Positions 1-8,865 of a stretch of 64,000 nt of DNA are shown here, piece by piece. Below the pieces are notes generated by a model. It did not search any database. It was not told the origin of the DNA and saw nothing but the letters and a program-made list of their open reading frames with translations. The translations under genes were made by a program, and so were the position numbers. The DNA comes from Phycisphaeraceae bacterium. GTDB taxonomy: Bacteria; Planctomycetota; Phycisphaerae; Phycisphaerales; UBA1924. The stretch lies in NCBI GenBank assembly GCA_020639135.1, contig JACKHE010000005.1, positions 124,531-188,530 on the forward strand. Reading direction: 5' to 3'. The stretch's first letter is position 1, and each line of letters opens with the position of its first letter.

Positions 1-279
1 AGCGCCGCTCAGATTCTCCGCGCGTTCCGTTCTGCACATATTCACGTTGGAATATGAGTGCCGGATGTTCAAATCCTTTTGCCTCGGGCTCGGTCTCGTG
101 CCCGCTGCGCCTGTCACCATTCCGCAATGCACCCACTTGATGGCGGCCGCTTTAGAGATCACAGCGCCGTCGTAGTTGTATGCCTCGGAGATCACCATCA
201 CCAACTCATCTACGTACTTCTTTGGCGATTCTGGGCATGGATCACGGCGAATTGCCACAGTGCTCGAACAATTTATCAT
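1..279 (-). CDS. hypothetical protein, N-terminal part (gene runs off the left edge)
   Basis: Minus-strand frame stays open from ATG (279-277) to nt 1 (MINCSSTVAIRRDPCPESPKKYVDELVMVISEAYNYDGAVISKAAAIKW...). AAGGAGG (286-280) directly abuts the ATG, which is unusually short spacing. No domain recognised. Absent from the ORF track because it has no stop in the window. Confidence 0.3.
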   Translation of the reverse strand, partial: MINCSSTVAIRRDPCPESPKKYVDELVMVISEAYNYDGAVISKAAAIKWVHCGMVTGAAGTRPSPRQKDLNIRHSYSNVNMCRTERAENLSGA

Positions 280-573
280 CCTCCTTGCCTACGAAGACAT
301 CAATACAATTGAGCGCACTCCCCAGGGCCCAATCCTCCAGTCAACCATGAGCACTGCAACATATTGAGAGAGACTGCATACGCAACTTGCGACGATCGGT
401 CCATTTGCGGCATTTGCCGCGTCCTCACAAGCGACTCAGGAAGCCCATACTGGGGCGCCGAGGAATGGACGGGTCAGTTGGAAATGTGCATTGCGCAGCA
501 GGTCGGCGGACTGTGTGGACTCGTAAAGCATACCATGCACACGAATTGAAACACTGACCAAGAGGAGAACGAG

Positions 574-1719
574 ATGGCTTCACTCGCGGAGCACTTGTCA
601 CGAATTGAGCCGGACCAATGGCGTTTGTCTCATGAGTTCTCACAATGCGTTAAGTCGGCGAACGAAGAGCTCTTCAGATGTCACGACACCAGGGCAGCCG
701 AACACGTGTTGAACCTCTGGCTGTCAGCACACCAACCTTGTCTTTTTGGCCGCTCCGCCGCTCGACAAGGGCTCCTCAGTCATTGTGTGCTGTTCGAGTC
801 GGACCTTAACCAGCCGGACGAGCATATCCGGCAAGTGATTCAGACGGCACGAACCGAGTGGACGCGACGAGGTTTCAGAGGTGAACGTAGCGGGTTCATC
901 ATTACCGCAGTGTCGCGCCGCCTTGCCTATGCCGCGCCTGGCCCAGCACTCAAGGCTCTGGCTCAGCGCCTGTGTTCGTTGTACCTGCTTGATGACATTG
1001 AGTGTGACCGCGTCTACCTTGACGATCTATTCTTGCAAGCGCCGGCACTTTCGGGCAGAGTCTGGCGTTGGCGTGCAGGCGTGAACTACTTTGCTACAAA
1101 TGGCGACGGTCGGTGGTGGCAGGATCACCGGATCCCTGGAGGCATCGCGTTCTCCATTAATTCGGTCGGTCACATGGCTCGGTCCGGCGCAGTTTCAAGG
1201 TTGCTAAAGGAAGGTGCGGCTACTTTGGGCATGAATCCCACGGACCTTCCACCCGCGCCCATCGATACTCTCGACAAGGCGCTGCTGATCGCCATGCAGA
1301 CCATCGCGGGAGCGTCAGACGCGGTATCGGGTAAAGCCACCTCACTGCGTCCGCTCGTTTCTGGAGCGCCAGAGTCACACCGCTGCCCTGCACACTTTCC
1401 TTCCAAGCTGCAAGCATTTGACAAGTGTGAATATGATGGCTTCTACCACACGGACTACACCATACCTTCGGAGTACTTCCTCCCCGAGGTTGAAAGACCG
1501 GCTCATGTGCGGCAATGGAACCTTGATTTCACATATCTTGCTGATGCGGGCGTCGATAATCCTGCAGGGGTTACCATGGGCACGGGGCAGATTCTGAGGG
1601 GCACCGACTGCTGCGGATCATATCAGCAAGCCAAGCGTGAGCGCTCCATGGGACAACTTGTCAGCCTGGCAAATGAGCCGAGGCTTGATGGAATTATCGG
1701 CACAGAGCCTACCGCTTAG
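574..1719 (+). CDS. hypothetical protein
   Basis: 381-aa ORF with GGAG at 564-567, six nt before the ATG, and protein-like composition. HQPCLFGRSAARQG and GIAFSINSVGHMARSG weakly resemble YqcI/YcgG-family motifs, but I do not trust this. Confidence 0.6.
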   Translation: MASLAEHLSRIEPDQWRLSHEFSQCVKSANEELFRCHDTRAAEHVLNLWLSAHQPCLFGRSAARQGLLSHCVLFESDLNQPDEHIRQVIQTARTEWTRRGFRGERSGFIITAVSRRLAYAAPGPALKALAQRLCSLYLLDDIECDRVYLDDLFLQAPALSGRVWRWRAGVNYFATNGDGRWWQDHRIPGGIAFSINSVGHMARSGAVSRLLKEGAATLGMNPTDLPPAPIDTLDKALLIAMQTIAGASDAVSGKATSLRPLVSGAPESHRCPAHFPSKLQAFDKCEYDGFYHTDYTIPSEYFLPEVERPAHVRQWNLDFTYLADAGVDNPAGVTMGTGQILRGTDCCGSYQQAKRERSMGQLVSLANEPRLDGIIGTEPTA

Positions 1720-2187
1720 GGCAAACACCGAGGAGATAATCAAGTCAAGTACCGAGGATGTGACAGAACACCCGCATCGGTAACCGCCTGAGGTTTGTGC
1801 CACGTTTCATCAGGCATCGTATCGACATAGTCAGTCGACTGGACACACAATACCAGGACACCGTGCGTTCTGGGCTTCGGCACAGGCAGCACTCGAGATC
1901 CCATGGGGCTAGTGGCTATCCGTAAACCTTATGAATCCCGAGAAAAATGAGCACAATACCGGGTTTACGGATAGCTTCTGGCGTGGGGCCGCGTGCGGCC
2001 TTCTGCCCGAGGTCATCCGGGTACAATGGGTGCGGTGCCAAGGGATGAGTATGTCACGAGACGGTATTCGATCTACACGCATTCGGATACACTTGTATCC
2101 CATGGGGGCAATTTACAGCGGTCGGCCAGATCACGGCGCCATGTTCAAATTGCCGAATTCGATTCTCGGTCACTTGGAGGACACACA

Positions 2188-2997
2188 ATGGCGGGCAGCG
2201 GGGAGCATTGGCAAGAGCACGAGACTTCTCTCAAATCAGTCGATGGCTTGGTGCTTGACGCACGTCTCATTGAAGTAAAGCACTCTGTCACGTCCGTTCT
2301 TCTGGTGCACGGCTTCGGCGTCGATCTGCATGAAGAGGGCACTTTCGACGTACTAGCCACCCGCCTCGCCGAGGCCAAGGTCTCCGTCGCACGCTTTTCC
2401 TTCCGCGGCCATGGAAAGAGTGCCGGCACACAGGAGGGAATGACAATCTCTGGTGAGCGACTCGACTTGACAGCCGCGTACAACTGGATGACACGTCGAT
2501 TATCGCCGCCCTACGCCATTCTTGCCGCGAGCTTCGGCGCGGTTTCGACTCTGCTTCAACTTCGTTCCATCCACAGTAAGCCCGCACGCCTTGTGCTGTG
2601 GAACCCAGTCCTGGACTTGGACGCGGTCTTCGTGGCACCTACCACTGTCTGGGGCAAGAAGAACTTTGGCAAGAGCGCGCTGGCAAAGGCCACATCTCAG
2701 GGCTACTCCATCGTCGATGGCTCCATTCGCGTTGGCCAGGTGTTTCTGGAAGAAACGGCGCTGTACTCTGGCAATCTTGGCGTCTTGGCTTTGTCGTCTG
2801 TACCGACGCTAGTGCTTCATGGTACCGACGACTCATACGTGCCCATTGCATCGTCCCGACAAGTGGCAGACATGCCCAACGTGCGGCTTGTTGAGATTCG
2901 TGATTCTGACCATGGGTTTCCAGATACCGCAAGCGAGGAAACAGCCATTACGGAGGCTGTACGCTGGCTCACCACGACTGCTCCGGATGCTCCATGA
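2188..2997 (+). CDS. alpha/beta-fold hydrolase
   Basis: The ORF track gives 1993-2997; I prefer ATG 2188 (GGAGG at 2176-2180). VLLVHGFGVD, nucleophile-elbow-like LAASFGA, LVLHGTDDSYVP and SDHGF fit the alpha/beta-hydrolase layout. Confidence 0.75.
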   Translation: MAGSGEHWQEHETSLKSVDGLVLDARLIEVKHSVTSVLLVHGFGVDLHEEGTFDVLATRLAEAKVSVARFSFRGHGKSAGTQEGMTISGERLDLTAAYNWMTRRLSPPYAILAASFGAVSTLLQLRSIHSKPARLVLWNPVLDLDAVFVAPTTVWGKKNFGKSALAKATSQGYSIVDGSIRVGQVFLEETALYSGNLGVLALSSVPTLVLHGTDDSYVPIASSRQVADMPNVRLVEIRDSDHGFPDTASEETAITEAVRWLTTTAPDAP

Positions 2998-3653
2998 TGC
3001 AATCGCAAGAAAGAGCCTTGGTAAAGATCGATTCCACCTGTGTCTGCGGAGGGGCCCTCGAAATCGGTGTGCCCTCTGAGGAGTCCATACGTAAGGCCAG
3101 TTCTCAACCGCTGGCAGACGTGAACATCGCAGCTAGGTGCATTGTCAAGAACTTTGTCACCATCCACGAAGGGGTCACGCTAGGGGAAGATGCGATCGTT
3201 GAGGACTACTGCCGCATCGGTGCAAACACGCGAGTTGGCGCCCGATCACGACTTGTCCATCGCGCGTATATATGCGACGACGTGGTCATCGGACAAGAGT
3301 GCCGCATCGCCGGCTTCGTCTGCGACGACAGTCAAATCGAAAGCAATTGCACAGTGATGGGGACGTTGGTACATGACTACAATCAGCCACACCGAGACTG
3401 GTGGGATGTCACCGAGCCGGCCCCCTTAGTGCGTCACCACTCGATTGTCGCGATGTCTTCGACAGTAGTTGGCAGCGTTGTCATTGGGCCGTACGCTTAT
3501 GTAGCCGCCGGCGCCCTCATAACACGCGACGTCCCGTCCTGGCACGTCGCGATCGGACGCAACGAATACGTGCACTGGAACAACTGGAAGGGCGCTCCAC
3601 TACGGGAACTCTTTGCTCACTGGCATTCGTATGAGAGTGGAGCCGGCGCATGA
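2994..3653 (+). CDS. hexapeptide-repeat (left-handed beta-helix) acyl/acetyltransferase
   Basis: ATGA overlap with the upstream stop. Repeated [LIV]-G-x4 turns: VTLGEDAIVEDYCRIGANTRVGARSRLV, VVIGQECRIAGFV, VVIGPYAYVAAGALI. Confidence 0.75.
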   Translation: MMQSQERALVKIDSTCVCGGALEIGVPSEESIRKASSQPLADVNIAARCIVKNFVTIHEGVTLGEDAIVEDYCRIGANTRVGARSRLVHRAYICDDVVIGQECRIAGFVCDDSQIESNCTVMGTLVHDYNQPHRDWWDVTEPAPLVRHHSIVAMSSTVVGSVVIGPYAYVAAGALITRDVPSWHVAIGRNEYVHWNNWKGAPLRELFAHWHSYESGAGA

Positions 3654-4882
3654 CATCTGGTAGTCAACTCAATGTGTTTATGGCATATCAGTTCCGCTCT
3701 TCCAAACTTGGCAAGATAGACCGAGAGTATGCGCTGGCACAGGCAGTGTCAGAAGTCAACAAGTCGCTCCGGGAGGAAGGGTCACATGACGTCGTGTCAT
3801 GGAATGCACTGGAGTTGGAAAGCTGGCACTCAGTTGGAGCGCAAGTTCTTAGCGGCATAAGAGAGAGTGCAGTATTCATCGCGGATATTTCAGAACTAAA
3901 CGCCAACGTGTTGCTTGAACTTGGGTATGCGATCGGCCTGTGCCAGGGTTCCAATTGTGTCACAGTTCACGTGCTCGCGCACGAGTCTCTCGATACTAGA
4001 AGCATCCCATCAGATCTTCTGGGCGGTTATGTTATCACTTACTCGGAGCAGAGCTTTCAGGCAGTCGTCACACGAGTACTCAGAGACTCTGCCGTTCGGC
4101 TTGCCGAGGGGCTGACCGCGCGTGCCGCTAATTCGAGCTGGCGCGAGCTGTGGGGAATCTCGTCAGATCATGCGGTCGATGTCATATGCTCTGAGATACC
4201 CGACGGGACCCGTCCTGACTTCGCACACTATGAGCACCCGAACTTCCTTCGCTACGCGAAATTTGCCGACTTGGACTCGCTTTTCCTCGTCCATGAGATC
4301 CTGGCCTCAGAGTTTCAACATACTCGAGTGCGCGACTACGGGGCCACTGAGTCAATTGCTCAACACGACAGTGGCATCCTTGTTGGTGGTGCCGCTTGGA
4401 ACGCAAGAGTTGAGCGTATTCAGCGTTGCTTGCCATTTGAGTTTATGGATGCCGAGAATCCAGAGACCGATTCGTTGCAAGTCCGAGCTGACGGTTCCAC
4501 GTGGCTCTTCGAGAGCACGTTCGCATCCTCCGGCATACCTGAGACTGACTACTATGTATTCGCCAAGTTTCGGCCGGATGGGCACAGCCGCTTGTTGTTG
4601 TTCGGCGGTGGGTTGACGCACGGCGTGCTCGGTGGAATCAAGACACTTGCACATGTGTCTCCCGGTCCGACCAATGCCTTATATCTCAGCAAGTGGTTTG
4701 GCGCCGCCGCAGACTTGGTGGTAGTTGGTTGCGTTGCCCATCGCGACGGCTATCTCAAGGCTCAAGACTTCAGGGTTTCACCACCGTGCCTAGTATTGCG
4801 GCGATCCGAGCCGGATTCTGAGTTCCATGTAGTCGAGTCCGCTTGCATCTGCAAGGTGCAGCATCAAAGGCCGTGTGAGTAA
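3650..4882 (+). CDS. protein with N-terminal nucleoside 2-deoxyribosyltransferase/TIR-like Rossmannoid domain and unknown C-terminal domain
   Basis: ATGA overlap with the upstream stop. N-terminal ~150 aa: NVFMAYQF...ESAVFIADISELNANVLLELGYAIGL. This resembles the D-x-S...N/D-x-G-x-x-x-E-x-G-Y-A signature of deoxyribosyltransferase-like domains. The C-terminal ~250 aa are not recognised. Confidence 0.6.
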   Translation: MTSGSQLNVFMAYQFRSSKLGKIDREYALAQAVSEVNKSLREEGSHDVVSWNALELESWHSVGAQVLSGIRESAVFIADISELNANVLLELGYAIGLCQGSNCVTVHVLAHESLDTRSIPSDLLGGYVITYSEQSFQAVVTRVLRDSAVRLAEGLTARAANSSWRELWGISSDHAVDVICSEIPDGTRPDFAHYEHPNFLRYAKFADLDSLFLVHEILASEFQHTRVRDYGATESIAQHDSGILVGGAAWNARVERIQRCLPFEFMDAENPETDSLQVRADGSTWLFESTFASSGIPETDYYVFAKFRPDGHSRLLLFGGGLTHGVLGGIKTLAHVSPGPTNALYLSKWFGAAADLVVVGCVAHRDGYLKAQDFRVSPPCLVLRRSEPDSEFHVVESACICKVQHQRPCE

Positions 4883-4883
4883 T

Positions 4884-5672
4884 ATGGTGACACGGATCAT
4901 TGTTGCGGGGCTCGCTCGGCGGCAGGATCGAAGGCGATTGGTTGAGCAACAGCTGCGCGCCAACAACGTCGCCAACTATGTGTTCGCAGCTGACCTTGAT
5001 CTCACCGTCGACTGGCAAGAGTGGGAACCGGATGATATTCGTCGGCTCACTGCTAGCTGCTATCCTTGGCGTCTGAATGACTCTACAAATCCCTGGTGGA
5101 ATCGCAGTATGACTTTGGGCGAAATCGCCTGCACGCTGACGCACTGGGCCATTTGGAACTATGCGGCCCAGCTGCAGTACACTAGTCTAATTGTGCTCGA
5201 AGATGACGCCATTCTGCTGCATGCGTTCGAAGATCGAGAACGTCTGATACAGAGTCTCTTCTGCTTAGATCCTTATTGGGATCTCTTGTACCTTGGGCGC
5301 GAACGACTCGAACCGGACCGTGATAACTGCGGCGAATTCGTCCGGCCGGGCTTCAGCTATTGCACACATGGGTACGCGCTGTCCCGCAAGGGAATTCAGC
5401 TGTTGCTGAGCACCCCATTAATGACGAGCATTATCCCTGTTGATGAGTTTCTACCAGCCATGTATATGGAACATCCACGTCATGATGTGCGAAGGCGATT
5501 CTCGCCAATTCTCGCTGCTTATGGGCTAAATCGAGATATAGTTGAAGTTAAGGGGTCTGCTCATATGGGTAGTGATACAGAGAATGCCCCGCTAATTGAG
5601 TCGGAACCGCCGTCGATTAGCAAGTCAACTCTGCCAGCACACGATGGGGAGGGTCTACAGAATGCAGAGTAG
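4884..5672 (+). CDS. glycosyltransferase family 25-like
   Basis: The ORF track starts at 4875 (GTG); ATG 4884 lies one nt after the upstream stop. RIIVAGLARRQDRR, MTLGEIACTLTHWAIW, LIVLEDDAILL, LYLGRE and CTHGYALSRKG match the GT25 (LPS/collagen galactosyltransferase-type) pattern. Confidence 0.7.
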   Translation: MVTRIIVAGLARRQDRRRLVEQQLRANNVANYVFAADLDLTVDWQEWEPDDIRRLTASCYPWRLNDSTNPWWNRSMTLGEIACTLTHWAIWNYAAQLQYTSLIVLEDDAILLHAFEDRERLIQSLFCLDPYWDLLYLGRERLEPDRDNCGEFVRPGFSYCTHGYALSRKGIQLLLSTPLMTSIIPVDEFLPAMYMEHPRHDVRRRFSPILAAYGLNRDIVEVKGSAHMGSDTENAPLIESEPPSISKSTLPAHDGEGLQNAE

Positions 5673-6261
5673 CGGAACAGAGAAGTTGGCGGACTGGATA
5701 TGGCTTTGCGAGCTTGCGGATTGCTGCGAGTCCCTTGGTTACACTCAAGGCTACATGGCCGCGGCGGCACACTGTCGTGGGGCGCTCTCCGGGGAGGCTA
5801 TGAGCGGCGTTCTCCGCGCCCCGTTCTCTATGGTGAGGCGCCGCGCAGTTCACCTGACTCGGTTCTTGCCGCGGGACGATGCGGTTGCCAAGCTTGCTGA
5901 GGTACTTGCCGCTGACGAATGTCCGGTCGTTCGTCACGAAGCGGCCTTCTGCCTAGGTACCTTTAGGAATGAGCTCGCGCTAGTCGCTCTTTCGAAGTCC
6001 GCGCTCAGCGATTCGGATGAGCTGGTCCGGCATGAGGCTTCCGAAGCGCTCGGAGACATGGGGCTTGAGGCAGCGAGAGAGACACTTGAGTTGGTACGGA
6101 TGGATAGCTGTGAATCGGTACGGCGAACGGCGGTGATGGCCCTGCAAGAGCTTGATATGCGCTGCATTCAACAATCAAGTGAAGTCATGAAAGCAGCTCG
6201 TATCGAGCCACCACCAGTTAACAATGAGGGTGATCCAGGGCGCTTCGCGGGGGCGAGTTGA
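5662..6261 (+). CDS. HEAT-repeat protein
   Basis: ATG 5662 overlaps the upstream stop by 11 nt. Three HEAT-like repeats: PVVRHEAAFCLGTF, ELVRHEASEALGDMG, ESVRRTAVMALQEL. Confidence 0.7.
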   Translation: MQSSGTEKLADWIWLCELADCCESLGYTQGYMAAAAHCRGALSGEAMSGVLRAPFSMVRRRAVHLTRFLPRDDAVAKLAEVLAADECPVVRHEAAFCLGTFRNELALVALSKSALSDSDELVRHEASEALGDMGLEAARETLELVRMDSCESVRRTAVMALQELDMRCIQQSSEVMKAARIEPPPVNNEGDPGRFAGAS

Positions 6262-6636
6262 TAGGCTGGCTTCTGGACAGGAAGTGGACTCTGCGGTGGG
6301 CACTCAATGGCGCAAGCCTCACCCACAGGCAGTTGACCGGGTGTCATACGAGAGGTATCCTTCTTCAAGCCGCACGTGCACCTATATGGACTGCTCACTT
6401 GACAAACGTGTCTGGCGCATGTCAGAAGACAAATGTCATTGAGACCAAAGGGGATAGCGGCGAGTGCCGACTAACGCACATCCCTTGCTGCGGCCGTCGA
6501 TGCATTCTCCGCGAACTGCCTCTAGCTTCAGTGAGATGTCCGGCCAGTCCGTATTCAAGCGCATGCACGTGCATACAGCGAATGTTCGGCACATCCGACC
6601 AATGCAGGCCGGCTATGCGGCTCTATAGTTCTTGTC

Positions 6637-7644
6637 ATGGTTCGACGAAGAGGTCGTCATCCCCGTGCGCTGCGAGCACCAATCTGGCTCCAGATCCCGT
6701 GCTTCATCATCGAGTTGGTCCCATTGACGGTGCCAATGTTAGTAATGGCCTCGGGTTTTCGGATCGCGGGAGGAATCATGCTGCCCATCGCAGGCTTCAT
6801 GTCACATTGGATCTACTTATCACTGACAAGGCAGACGAGACGAAGGGTTAACCAGACATACATCCGCCGTCGTGCGCGCAAACATGATGGTCCGTTCATT
6901 TTGCTTTGCCGATCGTACGAACAGGGTGGCAGATTCACGACCTCCGTGGATATTCCGAACTACGGTATCACCGACCTGAGGCTCATCGAGGCATTGATCT
7001 ACGACCTGAGTCACAGGAACACTGTCGTTGCTCTTGGGGACCAAGATATTCCGAAAGCCGAGCATCAAGGCCGTGCGTTGTATGTCGCAGAAGTTGCAAA
7101 GTCTAGCGAGAACATCATCGTCAGTGCGACCACCGGCGACACACTCTTAGACTCCGAAAAACTCTGGCAGAGACTGGTGCTCCGTCTCGCGGAATCGTCT
7201 CGTTGCATTGTTGTCGTCCCCGGACGCACGCATGGAGTCATTGAAGAACTCCTCCTTCTGCGGAGTGGCGGGTTCGGACACAAGACCTTTGTTTTTATGT
7301 GGCCCGATACGCATCCCTATACTGCGTTGTGTGCAGATTCCCGCGAGTGGGAGGTAGTGCGGGAAGAAATCTCTGCGAACGGCGTGATGCTCCCGCCACA
7401 CGAGCCCGGAGGTGCCTGGGTTAGACTGAATGACCAAGAGCCAGTGGATAGGGTTGTGTCACCAATTCCGCTGCGAAACGTACTCGAGCCGGTCATCGAG
7501 TGTCTTGCGGAGAGTGGTCGGTGGCTATCCGACGTTACAGAAGTGATCGAAATGTGCGAACTTTGTGCAGATCCGGAAAGATACGGGCATCTCTGGGGCT
7601 ATATGTCCGAGCAGAGAGAGTTCAGCGACCGCATGTGCCGGTAA
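6637..7644 (+). CDS. membrane-anchored protein with Rossmann-like (possibly LOG/SLOG-like) soluble domain
   Basis: Two hydrophobic helices near the N-terminus (IWLQIPCFIIELVPLTVPMLVMA; GGIMLPIAGFMSHWIYLSL). A beta/alpha-patterned domain follows (PFILLCRSYE, TVVALGDQD, CIVVVPGRTHGVIEELLLL, KTFVFMWPD). The resemblance of VPGxxxGxxEE to the LOG/SLOG PGGxGTxxE loop is weak and judged by eye. The start codon is uncertain. Confidence 0.5.
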   Translation: MVRRRGRHPRALRAPIWLQIPCFIIELVPLTVPMLVMASGFRIAGGIMLPIAGFMSHWIYLSLTRQTRRRVNQTYIRRRARKHDGPFILLCRSYEQGGRFTTSVDIPNYGITDLRLIEALIYDLSHRNTVVALGDQDIPKAEHQGRALYVAEVAKSSENIIVSATTGDTLLDSEKLWQRLVLRLAESSRCIVVVPGRTHGVIEELLLLRSGGFGHKTFVFMWPDTHPYTALCADSREWEVVREEISANGVMLPPHEPGGAWVRLNDQEPVDRVVSPIPLRNVLEPVIECLAESGRWLSDVTEVIEMCELCADPERYGHLWGYMSEQREFSDRMCR

Positions 7645-7930
7645 GTCAGGCCTTTTCAAACCGAGCTGACACAGACACGTCGATCTCCCGGGCAAGGTGC
7701 TCTGTTGATGTCAGTTCGGCCCCTATCTACGCGTGATGTTCATCGCAAGTGCGGCATTGTGACCAATTTACGGTCAGGATGAATATGGGCTTCTCAGCAG
7801 GCGCCATCGGCAGCCCAGTCGCAATGATCGGGTCGAGCCATGCATCCCGAAGAGCAGGGCGATGCTCCGAGTAACAGAATCTACTCTGAACGGTACACAG
7901 ACGTTGAAATGCGGAATACCCTAAAATCGA

Positions 7931-8500
7931 TTGTCGGTCGGATGGAGCTGCACCGTGACAGATTGTAAAGAAACCGCCCACGGTGATGGAACGGCGAAGG
8001 ACTTTGTCTTCATTAGCCACTCTCGCAGGGATCGGGCGTTTGTCGATCGCCTTGTCCGAGTCCTTCGGAGAGGCGGGATCGCGACCTGGCCAGATACCAA
8101 CGAGCTAGCCCCAGGAGAGAATTGGCATTTGGCTATTGAGGCAGGCATTCGCCAGTCTGCGGCCTTTCTATTTATGGCCAGTGCCGAATCGATCAACTCA
8201 CAGTGGATCTCGACAGAACTCAAGGCCGTTTTCGGGAAGGGCACCTGCGTTATTCCAGTAGTGCTCGATAACGAAGGTAAGCATGGCCTTCCTTCCTTCC
8301 TTCCTTCCTTCCTTCGCGATTGTGAATGGGTCGAATTCCGGACCGGTACGAGGCGGCTTTTGACCAACTCCTCAGGGCTCTCCTGCCGCTTCGCGCCGAG
8401 TCTGCGGTCAAACCAAGAGCCGGTCAAGCCAAAGGCTACGAGTTCCTCAGCTATGCTGAGCATGATGCTCCATTCGTGGATAGACTCAAGGAGTTCCTGA
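7931..8500 (+). CDS. TIR-domain protein (first TIR of an apparently frame-broken tandem-TIR gene)
   Basis: KDFVFISHSRRDRAFVDRLVRVLRRGGIATWPD...IRQSAAFLFMASAESINSQWISTELKAV...CVIPVVLD is a canonical bacterial TIR layout. The likely start is GTG 7955 (GGAG at 7944-7947) rather than TTG 7931. The last 52 codons (8342-8497) are low-complexity and overlap the next ORF. Confidence 0.8.
   Translation: MSVGWSCTVTDCKETAHGDGTAKDFVFISHSRRDRAFVDRLVRVLRRGGIATWPDTNELAPGENWHLAIEAGIRQSAAFLFMASAESINSQWISTELKAVFGKGTCVIPVVLDNEGKHGLPSFLPSFLRDCEWVEFRTGTRRLLTNSSGLSCRFAPSLRSNQEPVKPKATSSSAMLSMMLHSWIDSRSS
8287..8314. repeat. perfect tetranucleotide microsatellite (CCTT)7 inside the TIR coding sequence
   Basis: Direct reading: ccttccttccttccttccttccttcctt. 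It is translated LPSFLPSFL in the current frame. Confidence 0.95.
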
Positions 8501-8817
8501 AGCAGCGCAACAACGGGTACTGGGACTATCGTGAGAGCGATCGAAATTACCATGCAGAATTTTACCTCGAACTCGAATCTGTCATTCAGGAAGCTGCGGC
8601 GGTGCTATCCCTTTTATCACCTTGGTGGAAGCAAGCGCCCACGGCATTCAAGGAGTACTACTTTGCCATTGAGGTCGGGGTCCCCGTGTTCCTGCTGCGA
8701 GTCCGGAATCCCGGGCCCACGTTTGCTGTCGCAGGGATGCCATACATCAATATCTCGACAGATTACCATCTAGGTTTCAGGCAACTCGACAGAGAGTTGT
8801 TGAGAAATGGCCTTTAA
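8326..8817 (+). CDS. TIR-domain protein (second TIR of the frame-broken tandem-TIR gene)
   Basis: YEFLSYAEHDAPFVDRLKEFLKQRNNGYWDYRESD...IQEAAAVLSLLSPWWKQAPTAFKEYYFAIEVGVPVFLLRV is a second TIR domain. It overlaps the previous ORF by 175 nt in another frame. The N-terminal DRYEAAFDQLLRAL reads like the linker that should follow TIR 1. Confidence 0.75.
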   Translation: MGRIPDRYEAAFDQLLRALLPLRAESAVKPRAGQAKGYEFLSYAEHDAPFVDRLKEFLKQRNNGYWDYRESDRNYHAEFYLELESVIQEAAAVLSLLSPWWKQAPTAFKEYYFAIEVGVPVFLLRVRNPGPTFAVAGMPYINISTDYHLGFRQLDRELLRNGL

Positions 8818-8865
8818 TCATGTGGCGGTCACCGGGCGACTGCCGGACTCAACAAAGGAGAGAGC

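Noticed and set aside
8287-8314. The (CCTT)7 repeat as the direct cause of the break between the two TIR ORFs
   Set aside because: Shifting into the TIR2 frame at the repeat runs into TGA at 8323-8325 before reaching the TIR2 coding sequence. The sequence logic (WVEFR | DRYEAAF) places the frame junction at ~8341. The repeat is kept as a separate observation.
8338-8344. Programmed -1 ribosomal frameshift joining the two TIR ORFs
   Set aside because: There is no X-XXY-YYZ slippery heptamer at the junction (ttccggacc) and no obvious downstream pseudoknot or hairpin. A simple 1-nt indel is more parsimonious.
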